64,000 bases of DNA from a virus. The position numbers and the translations under genes were made by a program. The stretch lies in IMG/VR virus record IMGVR_UViG_3300047550_003635; one strand, given 5' to 3'. Below are positions 23,422 to 32,401 of the stretch, in pieces. The first letter of the stretch is position 1. Each line of letters starts with the position of its first letter. A model generated the notes under the pieces. That model saw only the letters and a list, made by a program, of their open reading frames with translations, was not told the DNA's origin and made no database searches.

Positions 23422-23496
23422 GACTGCGAGGTGTTACGGTAGCATGCCGGTCTCCAAAACCGTGCGGATGGGGTTCAATTCCCTACGTGGTCGCCA
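23422..23496 (+). tRNA. tRNA-Trp(CCA)
   Basis: Cloverleaf, G73, CCA. Confidence 0.88.
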
Positions 23497-23520
23497 TTTT
23501 TATTAACAAGAGGTGTAATC

Positions 23521-23997
23521 ATGCAAAAATTAAACATAGATGAAGTAAAAGATTTTTTGATGAAACAAAGTGAAAGCACCAAAGTTTATATTGGTGCTGA
23601 TTCAGAACGATTTCTATTGAATGGAAAATGGTATGCAGATTACACAATTGCTATTGTTATTCATTTGGATGGTTGTCACGGTTGTAAAATCTTCGGTGAA
23701 ACTACACGTGAATTGGATTTTGACCAACGTAAAGATAAACCAGCAATGCGTTTGATGAATGAAGTTTACAAGGCATCTGAAATGTTCCATCGTTTAGCAG
23801 ATGTGTTGGAAGACCGTTACGTCGAAGTTCATTTGGACATTAATCCAAACGAAATGCATGGTTCTTCATGTGTTGTTCAACAAGCTATTGGTTATATTCG
23901 TGGAACTTGTAATGTTGTTCCTCTTGTTAAGCCAAATGCTTTCGCAGCAAGTTATGCAGCAGACCGTTTGAAACATGTATTGTCATATGCTGCATAA
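23521..23997 (+). CDS. RNase H-like YkuK-family protein
   Basis: YIGADS, RLMNEV, VHLDIN, KP.AFAAS.AAD motifs. Confidence 0.8.
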   Translation: MQKLNIDEVKDFLMKQSESTKVYIGADSERFLLNGKWYADYTIAIVIHLDGCHGCKIFGETTRELDFDQRKDKPAMRLMNEVYKASEMFHRLADVLEDRYVEVHLDINPNEMHGSSCVVQQAIGYIRGTCNVVPLVKPNAFAASYAADRLKHVLSYAA

Positions 23998-24010
23998 TAT
24001 ATAAGAGTAT

Positions 24011-24084
24011 GCGGGTTTAGTTTAGTGGTAAAATCAGTGCTTGCCAAGCATTAGATGAGAGTTCGATTCTCTCAGCCCGCACCA
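24011..24084 (+). tRNA. tRNA-Gly(GCC)
   Basis: Cloverleaf, CCA. Confidence 0.9.
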
Positions 24085-24085
24085 C

Positions 24086-24114
24086 TTGACAAATAACGAT
24101 TAATGTAGTATAAT
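24086..24114 (+). promoter_or_regulatory. Promoter between the two tRNA-Gly genes
   Basis: TTGACA-N17-TATAAT. Confidence 0.75.
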
Positions 24115-24122
24115 TTTAAAAT

Positions 24123-24196
24123 GCGGGATTAGTTTAATGGTAAAACGAGTGCCTTCCAAGCACACGACAGGAGTTCGATTCTCCTATCCCGCTCCA
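24123..24196 (+). tRNA. tRNA-Gly(TCC)
   Basis: Cloverleaf, CCA. Confidence 0.9.
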
Positions 24197-24200
24197 TTTT

Positions 24201-24341
24201 ATGAATTATAAGAGAAAAAAATCTAAAAGAAATGTAAGATGCACGATTTGCACCAAACTTCGTTGGTTGGGCAATTCAAAGCGCAGAAAAAGAATTAGTG
24301 ATATTAAAAATGATTTAAAAGAGAAATCGTTTAACGAATGA
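24201..24341 (+). CDS. Small basic CxxC protein (46 aa)
   Basis: MNYKRKKSKRNVRCTICTKLRWLGNSK...; ATGA coupling to the next gene. Confidence 0.5.
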   Translation: MNYKRKKSKRNVRCTICTKLRWLGNSKRRKRISDIKNDLKEKSFNE

Positions 24342-24880
24342 AAAAACGTGAAGCATATCAGCAAGGTATTCTTGATGGAATGTGTGGATTTTATTCCATC
24401 ATAAATGCTTTGTATTATCTTAAACCAGATTTATCTCCAACAAAAGCTGAAAAGCTGTTGAGAAATTTGGTAAAGACTAAGCCTCGCTCATTTCATAAGA
24501 TGTATATTGAAGGCACATATTTTGAAAATGTTGTAGATTTGATGAAACATGTTGTAAATTATGAAAGAGGTTTTTCTGATATAAATTTTAAAGTTTTATA
24601 TCAAGATGATGATTTTGAAGATGCATATGAATACATTTCTTGTTTAAACGAAGAAATTGATGGTAAAAATAGTGTTGCAATAATTTCAGTCGGTGAGCCA
24701 CTTCATCATTGGACTGTAGCAACAAAAGTAAATTTAAAACAAAACAGATTGTATCTTTTTGATTCTTATCGTCAATATTATAAACATGATTATTTGGATT
24801 TAGATGAATTAGATTTGAAAAAGAAAGAAAATCGTTTTCAATTATACACTTACGAAACATTAATAGTTCGTAAAAAATAA
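24338..24880 (+). CDS. Papain-fold cysteine peptidase-like protein
   Basis: Q..GMCG..SIINAL, HHWTV, LFDS (Cys-His-Asp). Confidence 0.6.
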   Translation: MKKREAYQQGILDGMCGFYSIINALYYLKPDLSPTKAEKLLRNLVKTKPRSFHKMYIEGTYFENVVDLMKHVVNYERGFSDINFKVLYQDDDFEDAYEYISCLNEEIDGKNSVAIISVGEPLHHWTVATKVNLKQNRLYLFDSYRQYYKHDYLDLDELDLKKKENRFQLYTYETLIVRKK

Positions 24881-24881
24881 T

Positions 24882-24957
24882 ACCCCCGTAACTCAGCGAA
24901 CAGAGTGTCTCGGTCCTAACGAGAAAGTCACAGGTTTGAATCCTGTCGGGGGTACCA
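24882..24957 (+). tRNA. tRNA-Arg(CCT)
   Basis: Cloverleaf, CCA. Confidence 0.85.
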
Positions 24958-24962
24958 ATATT

Positions 24963-25076
24963 ATGAGAAAATTTATTTTAGGTTTTATCTTAGGAAGTCT
25001 AATAGGAATCTTCACATATAAAAAAGGATTCCAAGACGGACGAGAAAAACAAGCAAAATTTTATAGAAAAGATTAA
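24963..25076 (+). CDS. Small membrane peptide (37 aa)
   Basis: MRKFILGFILGSLIGIF... Confidence 0.45.
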   Translation: MRKFILGFILGSLIGIFTYKKGFQDGREKQAKFYRKD

Positions 25077-25077
25077 T

Positions 25078-25153
25078 GGTGGCTATAATGTAGTGGTCTG
25101 CATACTTGGCTGTGAACCAGGTAGTGAGAGTTCAATCCTCTCTAGTCACCCCA
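25078..25153 (+). tRNA. tRNA-His(GTG)
   Basis: G-1/C73, cloverleaf, CCA. Confidence 0.9.
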
Positions 25154-25166
25154 AAGAAAGAATATT

Positions 25167-25697
25167 ATGCCAAGCGTATTTTTAGTTTCAGACACACACT
25201 TCGGTCATCGCGGTGTATGTCAATTTTTAAGAGAAGATGGAATAACAAAACTTCGTCCGTGGGATAATCCAGCGGATATGGATGAAGAAATGATTAAGCG
25301 TTGGAACGAAACAGTAAAGCCAACAGACAAAGTTTATCATCTTGGTGATGTTGTTATTAATCGTAAAGCATTAAAAACATTATCAAGATTAAACGGTGAT
25401 AAAGTATTAATAAAAGGTAATCACGATATATTCAGATTAAATGAATACACAGAATATTTTCGTGATGTTCGTGGGTATCATGTCATGAACAATTTTATAC
25501 TTAGTCATATACCAGTTCATCCTGATAGTAAAGGAAGATTTGTTGGAAACATTCATGGTCATCTTCACGCAAGAAAAATAAATGACCCTTGGTATCATTG
25601 TGTTTGTGTTGAACAGACTGATTTTAAACCCATTCTGTTCGAAGATGTTATGAAAAGAATAAAAGAACAAAGCCTCGATAACTCAGCGGTAGAGTAA
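25167..25697 (+). CDS. Calcineurin-like metallophosphoesterase
   Basis: SDTHFGH, HLGD, GNHD, HGHLH; last codons overlap tRNA-Val. Confidence 0.85.
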   Translation: MPSVFLVSDTHFGHRGVCQFLREDGITKLRPWDNPADMDEEMIKRWNETVKPTDKVYHLGDVVINRKALKTLSRLNGDKVLIKGNHDIFRLNEYTEYFRDVRGYHVMNNFILSHIPVHPDSKGRFVGNIHGHLHARKINDPWYHCVCVEQTDFKPILFEDVMKRIKEQSLDNSAVE

Positions 25698-25746
25698 CTC
25701 CCTTACAAGGAGAAGGTCAGCGGTTCGATCCCGTTTCGAGGTACCA
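25672..25746 (+). tRNA. tRNA-Val(TAC)
   Basis: Cloverleaf, CCA. Confidence 0.9.
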
Positions 25747-25751
25747 GTTTT

Positions 25752-25825
25752 GCTGCTATAGGTAAATGGCATACCACAACTTTGGTAAAGTTGTATCCCA
25801 AGTTCGATTCTTGGTAGCAGCACCA
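25752..25825 (+). tRNA. tRNA-Thr(GGT)
   Basis: Cloverleaf, CCA. Confidence 0.9.
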
Positions 25826-25830
25826 GTTTT

Positions 25831-25906
25831 GCAACCTTAGCTGATGCGGTCATAGCGGGCGCCTGAAGAGCGTCGGAACGTGGTTCAACTCCACGAGGTT
25901 GCACCA
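25831..25906 (+). tRNA. tRNA-Phe(GAA)
   Basis: Cloverleaf, CCA. Confidence 0.9.
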
Positions 25907-26006
25907 GAATACAGCGTTGACAAGTGTTAGTTATAAACGCCTTTGGGCAAGCTAATAAGGCATCGCGCAATAAGTCCTTATCGTAGGCTAACGACCTACC
26001 GCTGTA

Positions 26007-26195
26007 AAAATATATTGTGAAATATGTCGTATTGATAATTGGTTAGGTAAAAAATTATCTTTTGAATTGGACCACATAGATGGTAATAAGTATAATAATC
26101 ATTTGGATAATTTAAGAATAATTTGTCCAAATTGTCATTCACAAACAAGCACTTACAGAGGAAGAAATAAAAGCAAGAAATCTATTGACAAATAA
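26007..26195 (+). pseudogene. HNH endonuclease remnant (no start codon)
   Basis: CEIC...LDHIDGNKYNNHLDNLRIICPNCHSQT; in-frame stop at 25989 and no ATG between it and the motif. Confidence 0.7.
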
Positions 26196-26213
26196 ATTAA
26201 TTGTCTGTATAAT
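26185..26213 (+). promoter_or_regulatory. Promoter before tRNA-Leu(TAA)
   Basis: TTGACA-N17-TATAAT. Confidence 0.75.
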
Positions 26214-26225
26214 GTTTTTATGAAT

Positions 26226-26308
26226 GCGAGAGTGGTGAAATAGGCAAACACAAGGCACTTAAAATGCCTCGCTTCGGCTTGCGGGTTCGATTCCCGCCTC
26301 TCGCACCA
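26226..26308 (+). tRNA. tRNA-Leu(TAA)
   Basis: Cloverleaf with variable hairpin, CCA. Confidence 0.9.
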
Positions 26309-26328
26309 AAATTTTAAGGAGATAGAAT

Positions 26329-26865
26329 ATGCCATATTATGCACCTAATGTAACTTTTATGTGTCGTGAAGGTGATGTTGCTCCACAAGAGGGAACTTGT
26401 CCTATTGGTGGAAAATTTGTTGAAAAAACCAGTCAAGAACTTTTTGGTGGTAAGCGTGTAATTATTTTTAGTTTACCTGGTGCTTTTACACCAACATGTA
26501 GCACTTATCAATTACCTGGTTTTGAATCTATGTATGATGAATTTAAAGCTTTGGGTATTGATGAAATTTATTGTATTAGTGTTAATGATGCTTTTGTAAT
26601 GAATGCATGGGCACAACAATTGGGTATTAAGAAAGTTAAAATGTTGCCTGATGGTAATGGTGATTTTACTCGGTTGATGGGTATGCTTGTTAGTAAGAGT
26701 AAAATTGGATTTGGTATGCGTAGCCATCGTTATGCTGCTATTTTAACTGACATGGTTCGTGAAAAACTCTTTGTTGAAGATGGTCGTGAAGATAACTATG
26801 GTTCAGACCCTTATGATAAAAGTAGTCCTGAATCTTTGTTAGATTATTTGAAATCTACACAATAA
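26329..26865 (+). CDS. Peroxiredoxin (Prx5 type)
   Basis: PGAFTPTCS, SVNDAFVMNAW, DGNGDFT, RS.RYA. Confidence 0.9.
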   Translation: MPYYAPNVTFMCREGDVAPQEGTCPIGGKFVEKTSQELFGGKRVIIFSLPGAFTPTCSTYQLPGFESMYDEFKALGIDEIYCISVNDAFVMNAWAQQLGIKKVKMLPDGNGDFTRLMGMLVSKSKIGFGMRSHRYAAILTDMVREKLFVEDGREDNYGSDPYDKSSPESLLDYLKSTQ

Positions 26866-26871
26866 GGGATT

Positions 26872-26948
26872 GGGCCCATAGCTTAATTGGTTAAAGCAGC
26901 AAACTCATAATTTGTTGACTCTAGGTTCAAGTCCTAGTGGGCCCACCA
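26872..26948 (+). tRNA. tRNA(CAT), Ile2 (lysidine) type
   Basis: GGGCCCA acceptor typical of Ile2, CCA. Confidence 0.8.
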
Positions 26949-26953
26949 GATTT

Positions 26954-27030
26954 GCCTCGGTGACGGAATTGGCATACGTGTCTGACTCAAAATCAGAATT
27001 TTGCGGGTTCGACTCCCGCCTGAGGCACCA
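26954..27030 (+). tRNA. tRNA-Leu(CAA), short variable arm
   Basis: 77-nt cloverleaf, paralogous to 23178. Confidence 0.88.
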
Positions 27031-27045
27031 AATAATCCTAATTAG

Positions 27046-27123
27046 GCGGCTGTAGCACAGTGGATTTAGTGCAGACGGCTTCTACCCGTCAGGTCGGGGG
27101 TTCGAATCCCTCCAGCCGCGCCA
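27046..27123 (+). tRNA. tRNA-Arg(TCT)
   Basis: Cloverleaf, CCA. Confidence 0.9.
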
Positions 27124-27131
27124 TATAAATA
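27124..27131 (+). promoter_or_regulatory. T4-type late promoter
   Basis: TATAAATA. Confidence 0.7.
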
Positions 27132-27201
27132 GAGTAGTTATATTGATTTAGATTATTTTTTTGTTGTTTTCGTTATAAAAATATAAAGGAAACTAACAAA
27201 A

Positions 27202-27654
27202 ATGTCTAAAAAGATATTAACTACTCTATTTTTTATTTTAGTATCAGGTATTTCTATAGCACAGCCTATAGTTACTGAATCTACTGCATATACCAAATCT
27301 GATACGACAGTAAAATCTCCTCCACCAACAGCAATTGCACCAGCTATAAGCACAATCAATAATGATGTGTGTACCGTCGGTGCTTCGGGTGCTGTTCAAA
27401 CACAAATTTTAGGTTTGTCTTTTGGTTCAATGGCACGTGATTTTAATTGCGAACGAATCAAATTAGCAAAAAATTTATTTGATATGGGAATGAAGGTTGC
27501 TGCTGTTGCTACATTATGTCAAGACAGACGGGTATTTGATGCAATGATGAATGCAGGAACACCATGTCCTATTGATGGTAAAATTGGTGAAGAAGCAAAA
27601 GAAATATGGGATAAAGAACCAGCAAGAAAACCAGTAGCAGTTAAAGAAAAATAA
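27202..27654 (+). CDS. Exported Cys-containing protein
   Basis: Signal peptide; SPPPTAIAP, C.RIKLAK, AGTPCP. Confidence 0.75.
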   Translation: MSKKILTTLFFILVSGISIAQPIVTESTAYTKSDTTVKSPPPTAIAPAISTINNDVCTVGASGAVQTQILGLSFGSMARDFNCERIKLAKNLFDMGMKVAAVATLCQDRRVFDAMMNAGTPCPIDGKIGEEAKEIWDKEPARKPVAVKEK

Positions 27655-29157
27655 ATGAAAAAAATTCTACTGTTGTTGTTTTGTATTATTGCAAGTGCCG
27701 TATTTGCACAATCTGGTGTTTCTCCAAATCTAGTAAATCCTACTGTAGGTAATGCTCAATTGACATTGGGTGGCACTACAAATTATACTGGGACGGGTGG
27801 TGGTTTTTCTGGTGGTTCTATACCAGGTTATAATTCTACAAATAATACCATCTATTTTGGTTACAGTCAAAAGACAGTAGCACTGACATATGCTTTTAGC
27901 CAAGCACTTCAGAATAGTGGAATGACAATACAAGGTTATAATTATTCTTGGGATTATATTAATCAAGGAACTTCAGCAGGAACATTATCAGCATCAGTAA
28001 ATTTTGCTGCAACTAATGGAACTTCTCTACATTCAAAAAATTGGTCATTAGGCACAACAACTGATTGGACAACAATTAGTGGTACCGAAACTTTTGCTAA
28101 TTCTGGTTTATTGGCATCAAGTATTTCTAATTTTTCTTTAAACTTTACAGGCAAAGATAATCGCTTTTGGGCTGGATATTATGGACCACAAGTAAGAAAT
28201 CCATCTCTATCTTTAAATTATACATTTGATGCTTGTTCTTCTAATCCATTATCAAGTCCAAGCTGTCCTGGTTATGCACAAGCATATTTGAATCAACAAT
28301 GTAATGCAAATCCATTATACAATCAATCATGTCCTGGTTATTTACAAGCATATCATGACCAACAATGTTCAATTAATCCTCTTTTTGCTACCGATTGTCC
28401 TGGTTATGCACAAGCATACTTTAATCAACAATGTTCAATAAATCCATTGTATAATTCTAATTGTCCTGGTTATGCAGAAGCATATAAATCACAGCAATGT
28501 AATTTAAATGGATTGTATGATAGGTCGTGTCCTAATTACTCAACCGCGTATGCAACAAAACAATTAACGACAACAAATACAACACAATCAACAACTACAG
28601 TAACCACATCTGCTGTTACTGACCCTGTTACAACAATAACAAATCCCGTATCTGTTGCGACAACTACATCATCGACCACTTCATCAACAAGTCCAACATC
28701 AGTAACTTCTGTTACATCTGTTATTGCGCCTGCACCAGCACCAGCAGCACAAAATAATACAACAACTTCTGCACCAGTATCACAATCAACAGAACAAAAA
28801 CAAGAAACAAAGAAAACAGAAAATACTGTTGCTAGTATAGAAAAAAAAGCCGAAAGTAAATCTGATGCAAAAGCTGCCGCAACAGAAAAAGCAAAACAAA
28901 TAGCTAAACAAGCTGGTGGTGCAACATCAATGGAAGCACAGATGGAAACTCAAACTGCTTTACTGGGTTTGATGGGGTATGTTCCAGGATTCTCAGCATA
29001 TAATAATTCAATGATACGTGATATTAATGAACGTGAAATGATGAAAAAATATACTAAAGATAATGTTGATAATAGAAGCATATTGCGTAGATTGGGTGGC
29101 GCTAGTGAATCTAGGTGGTCTGAAATGGTTGATAGTCAGTATAAAATAGCAGAATGA
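27655..29157 (+). CDS. Exported protein with 22-aa Cys repeats and Thr-rich linker
   Basis: Signal peptide; five C..NPL....CPGYAQAY-type repeats. Confidence 0.75.
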   Translation: MKKILLLLFCIIASAVFAQSGVSPNLVNPTVGNAQLTLGGTTNYTGTGGGFSGGSIPGYNSTNNTIYFGYSQKTVALTYAFSQALQNSGMTIQGYNYSWDYINQGTSAGTLSASVNFAATNGTSLHSKNWSLGTTTDWTTISGTETFANSGLLASSISNFSLNFTGKDNRFWAGYYGPQVRNPSLSLNYTFDACSSNPLSSPSCPGYAQAYLNQQCNANPLYNQSCPGYLQAYHDQQCSINPLFATDCPGYAQAYFNQQCSINPLYNSNCPGYAEAYKSQQCNLNGLYDRSCPNYSTAYATKQLTTTNTTQSTTTVTTSAVTDPVTTITNPVSVATTTSSTTSSTSPTSVTSVTSVIAPAPAPAAQNNTTTSAPVSQSTEQKQETKKTENTVASIEKKAESKSDAKAAATEKAKQIAKQAGGATSMEAQMETQTALLGLMGYVPGFSAYNNSMIRDINEREMMKKYTKDNVDNRSILRRLGGASESRWSEMVDSQYKIAE

Positions 29158-29714
29158 TTGACCCAGTTTCTATAGGTTTAGCTGTAGCTGGTGCTAAACA
29201 AGCCGTAAGTTTTATTAAAGAAGCTATAAATGTAGGACATGATATCGCTTCTATGGGTAAAGAATTAAGTAATTTTTTTACAGCGCAAGGTGAAGTTGAA
29301 GCCGCTGCAAAAGAAGCTGAAGCTGTTAGAAAAGACCCAAAAAAATCTGGAGATAAATCAGCGACAGCAATTGCGATGGATTGTGTTTTACGTGCAGAAG
29401 AATTAAGAGCCGCTGAACAAGAATTAAAAAATATGTTTGCAATGCAAGGTAAACTTGAGATGTATAATAGAATGTGTAAAATACGTGCTGAAATTATACA
29501 TTCAAGAGAAAAAGTTTTGCGTGATGAACGACGAGCGATTGAATATAAAATAGAAAAACGTCGTCAATTTATACAAAATATAAAAGATGCGATTTCAGGT
29601 TTATTCATAGCAACATTTATTTGGAGTTTTTTTATAGGTATTATATGGCTAGTAGTCTTTTTTACTACTACTTGGCATAAATGGTATTTTTGTTTTGGTC
29701 ATATAATATGTTAA
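29154..29714 (+). CDS. Coiled-coil membrane protein
   Basis: MIDPVS start, C-terminal TM segment. Confidence 0.7.
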   Translation: MIDPVSIGLAVAGAKQAVSFIKEAINVGHDIASMGKELSNFFTAQGEVEAAAKEAEAVRKDPKKSGDKSATAIAMDCVLRAEELRAAEQELKNMFAMQGKLEMYNRMCKIRAEIIHSREKVLRDERRAIEYKIEKRRQFIQNIKDAISGLFIATFIWSFFIGIIWLVVFFTTTWHKWYFCFGHIIC

Positions 29715-29752
29715 GATATTATCATTGGTAAATTTAAAAGGAAAAAAGTAAA

Positions 29753-30370
29753 ATGGCAGAAGAAATCAAAGATGTAAATAAAAAAATAGATGAAATGGAT
29801 GCTGCTGTCAAAAAATATGCCAGCAAAGATACTGTAATTAGTATTGGTGGATATGAATTTACACCTGCAAAATTGATGGTTGCTTTTACAATCATATCAT
29901 CAACTCTTGGTGGACTTTATGGTGCATTTGAAGTCTATAAAGACTATCAGAGTATGAAAAAGAAAATTGCTGAATATGTGACACCAGACCTTACTGAAAT
30001 TAATAAGAAATTAGAATTGGTCCAACAAAATTCAGAAAAAGGAACACAATATACACAAGATATTAAGACTGATTTAAAACAAGATATCCGTCGTCTTGAA
30101 AGTGTTGTTGAAAATGTTGAAAGGTCAAACAGACAAATTCAGCGTGAAACAATGGATGGTATTAATGCTGCAAATCGTGAAATGAAACAAACACAAAAAG
30201 AAATTAATGATTCTATGAAAACATCTGAAAGAGCAATTAATGAAACCATCAAATCATCTGAAAGAGCAATAACACAAGTCCAAAGAGATATGGACAATCA
30301 ATTCCGTAATGTAAGAAAGGAAGTTGATGATAAGATTAAAAAAGCATTGGATAACCCGTTGGCAAAATAG
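29753..30370 (+). CDS. Membrane-anchored coiled-coil protein
   Basis: One TM segment, long coiled coil, ALDNPL end. Confidence 0.7.
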   Translation: MAEEIKDVNKKIDEMDAAVKKYASKDTVISIGGYEFTPAKLMVAFTIISSTLGGLYGAFEVYKDYQSMKKKIAEYVTPDLTEINKKLELVQQNSEKGTQYTQDIKTDLKQDIRRLESVVENVERSNRQIQRETMDGINAANREMKQTQKEINDSMKTSERAINETIKSSERAITQVQRDMDNQFRNVRKEVDDKIKKALDNPLAK

Positions 30371-30397
30371 TCTTATATATCAATGACTTAAAAGTTG

Positions 30398-30426
30398 TTG
30401 ACAAACAGTGCTGAATTTGTTATAAT
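30398..30426 (+). promoter_or_regulatory. Early promoter with IHF box (30378-30390)
   Basis: TTGACA-N17-TATAAT. Confidence 0.8.
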
Positions 30427-30433
30427 ATATCAT

Positions 30434-30733
30434 ATGAACGGAATTTATATACTAAAAACGTCGGATGGGTACCGTGTTGCCTATTCCGACCGTTATTATT
30501 CGCTTGTTGACATTGTTGAGGATGAATGCTACAATATTCGTCATGAAGTTAATGGAAAAGTGGCTGCTGAAGTTTTTGGTAATAGTAAAGTTTTTGAAAA
30601 CTATGAAAGCGCACTAAAACAGGCAAAAATCACTTCACAGATTTATGAAGAAACTGATGATGGTATTTGCTTGATTTCGTATGCTCAAAATATTAATTAT
30701 GGAGATTTAATTGAAACGCCTTCTGGATGCTAA
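30434..30733 (+). CDS. Hypothetical protein
   Basis: NGIYILKT.DGYRVAY motif. Confidence 0.6.
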   Translation: MNGIYILKTSDGYRVAYSDRYYSLVDIVEDECYNIRHEVNGKVAAEVFGNSKVFENYESALKQAKITSQIYEETDDGICLISYAQNINYGDLIETPSGC

Positions 30734-31787
30734 TCTTGCATTTTCTGGTAGTGAACCCAAGTTTTCTAAACAATTGTCTGAAACGGAACTGATTCAGACA
30801 TTGAATTGGTATTCGCAAAATAAAGACAATAAGACGGCATACAAATACGCCAGTGATTTTCTTAAAAAGAAACACAAGATTGATGCATCCGAAGTCGTAA
30901 AGAATTATTCTACCACTTTTGGATGGGTTTGTCGTATTCTTACCAACGGTGGTTCTCTTTTGCCTAAAAATCAAAAGAATTTCGACTCATTCATTTATAA
31001 TGTTGTAAAACAAGTCAAATCTGAAAAAAAGAATAACGTAAAAGTAGAAAAAACTACGTTCTCTATTCAAGATAAATTGAATGAACGTATCAATCTTATT
31101 TGTGGCGAATTGGAAGGTTCTGTTGACGAATATATTTTGAGTAAATTCAAAGTAGTTCCTTCGCCGTATGCTATTATGTTGGACATGTCAACAAAAGCAA
31201 TGCATGCCAAGAAAATCATCGAATTGTTCAAACAAATTCGTGACCAATTTCAAGATACTTTGACTACGGATGATGAACAAATATTGGAAGCATATTCCTG
31301 TTATTCTAAATCAGAGATTAAGAAAATTATTGCTTATTGTGATTTGATTGTTAATGATGCAATTAAAATTTCTGGTGAATCAAAACAAAATCGTAAACCT
31401 CGTAAACGTAAACAAAAGACACCAGAACAATTGATTGCAAAACTCAAGTATAGCAAAAAGTTTGCTGATTTGAAATTGACATCAATTGACCCTACTGAAA
31501 TTATTGGTAAATCTCAATTGTGGATTTATAATACGAAAACACGTAAACTCGGTTGTTATAATGCAGATGATGCATCAGGTCTTTCTGTCAAAGGTTCGAC
31601 CATTTTGAATTTTACCGAAAGCAAATCTACGCATAAGAAACTTCGAAAACCTGAACAGATTCTTCCTGAAGTTATTTCTGGTGGTAAAGTATTTCTGCGT
31701 AATGTTCTTGGTGATATTCGTGCTGTTGAATCTAAATTGACTGGTCGTATTAATAAAGATACTATTCTCCTGCGAGTTATTAAATGA
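30711..31787 (+). CDS. Conserved T4-like hypothetical protein
   Basis: 358 aa; KKLRKPE..GRINKDTILL. Confidence 0.75.
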   Translation: MKRLLDANLAFSGSEPKFSKQLSETELIQTLNWYSQNKDNKTAYKYASDFLKKKHKIDASEVVKNYSTTFGWVCRILTNGGSLLPKNQKNFDSFIYNVVKQVKSEKKNNVKVEKTTFSIQDKLNERINLICGELEGSVDEYILSKFKVVPSPYAIMLDMSTKAMHAKKIIELFKQIRDQFQDTLTTDDEQILEAYSCYSKSEIKKIIAYCDLIVNDAIKISGESKQNRKPRKRKQKTPEQLIAKLKYSKKFADLKLTSIDPTEIIGKSQLWIYNTKTRKLGCYNADDASGLSVKGSTILNFTESKSTHKKLRKPEQILPEVISGGKVFLRNVLGDIRAVESKLTGRINKDTILLRVIK

Positions 31788-32044
31788 GTTATTCGCGTTG
31801 GTCATATTCTAAATGGTATTCATTTTGGAATTGTTCACATGATGGTGATACAAAAGAAAATCAAACTATGTCTTTGTGGCAAAAAGGCAAGATTTTAGAT
31901 TGGTCTTATAGTGATTTGGAAAAAATGTGTGTTCGTGATGTTCAGACAATTTATGAATGCTCATTGGAGGAAGCCGAAGAAGCGATGTTATATATTAAAG
32001 AATTTATAGATGATGTGAATGATGTATTTGAAAATGGAAAATAA
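31784..32044 (+). CDS. Hypothetical protein
   Basis: Coupled ORF. Confidence 0.6.
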   Translation: MSYSRWSYSKWYSFWNCSHDGDTKENQTMSLWQKGKILDWSYSDLEKMCVRDVQTIYECSLEEAEEAMLYIKEFIDDVNDVFENGK

Positions 32045-32379
32045 TGGCTTCAATACCTAATAATTTTAACGAATCTTTTGGTATTAATGTATCAACAATT
32101 CCTGATTATATTATAAAAGGAGAAATGATTACTGCAAGTCATGTTATTGATATTAATAAGATTAGTCAATTTTCTGGCTCAACATTAAACAATGTTGAAT
32201 ATGAAATAAAAAAACAGTTAACGGCATCTTTGGTCGAAGAAATGTTTAAGAGCAAATATATTTTGTTTACCAAAGTTCAAGATGTCACAACATATCAAGA
32301 TAAATATATGGCAAGAGTATTTGTTACACCAAGTGAGCAAGTTCAAATAATTAGAGATTTAAGTAGATTTAAGTTCTAA
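32044..32379 (+). CDS. Hypothetical protein
   Basis: Coupled ORF. Confidence 0.6.
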   Translation: MASIPNNFNESFGINVSTIPDYIIKGEMITASHVIDINKISQFSGSTLNNVEYEIKKQLTASLVEEMFKSKYILFTKVQDVTTYQDKYMARVFVTPSEQVQIIRDLSRFKF

Positions 32380-32401
32380 TAAAAAATAAAGTGAATTTAT
32401 A

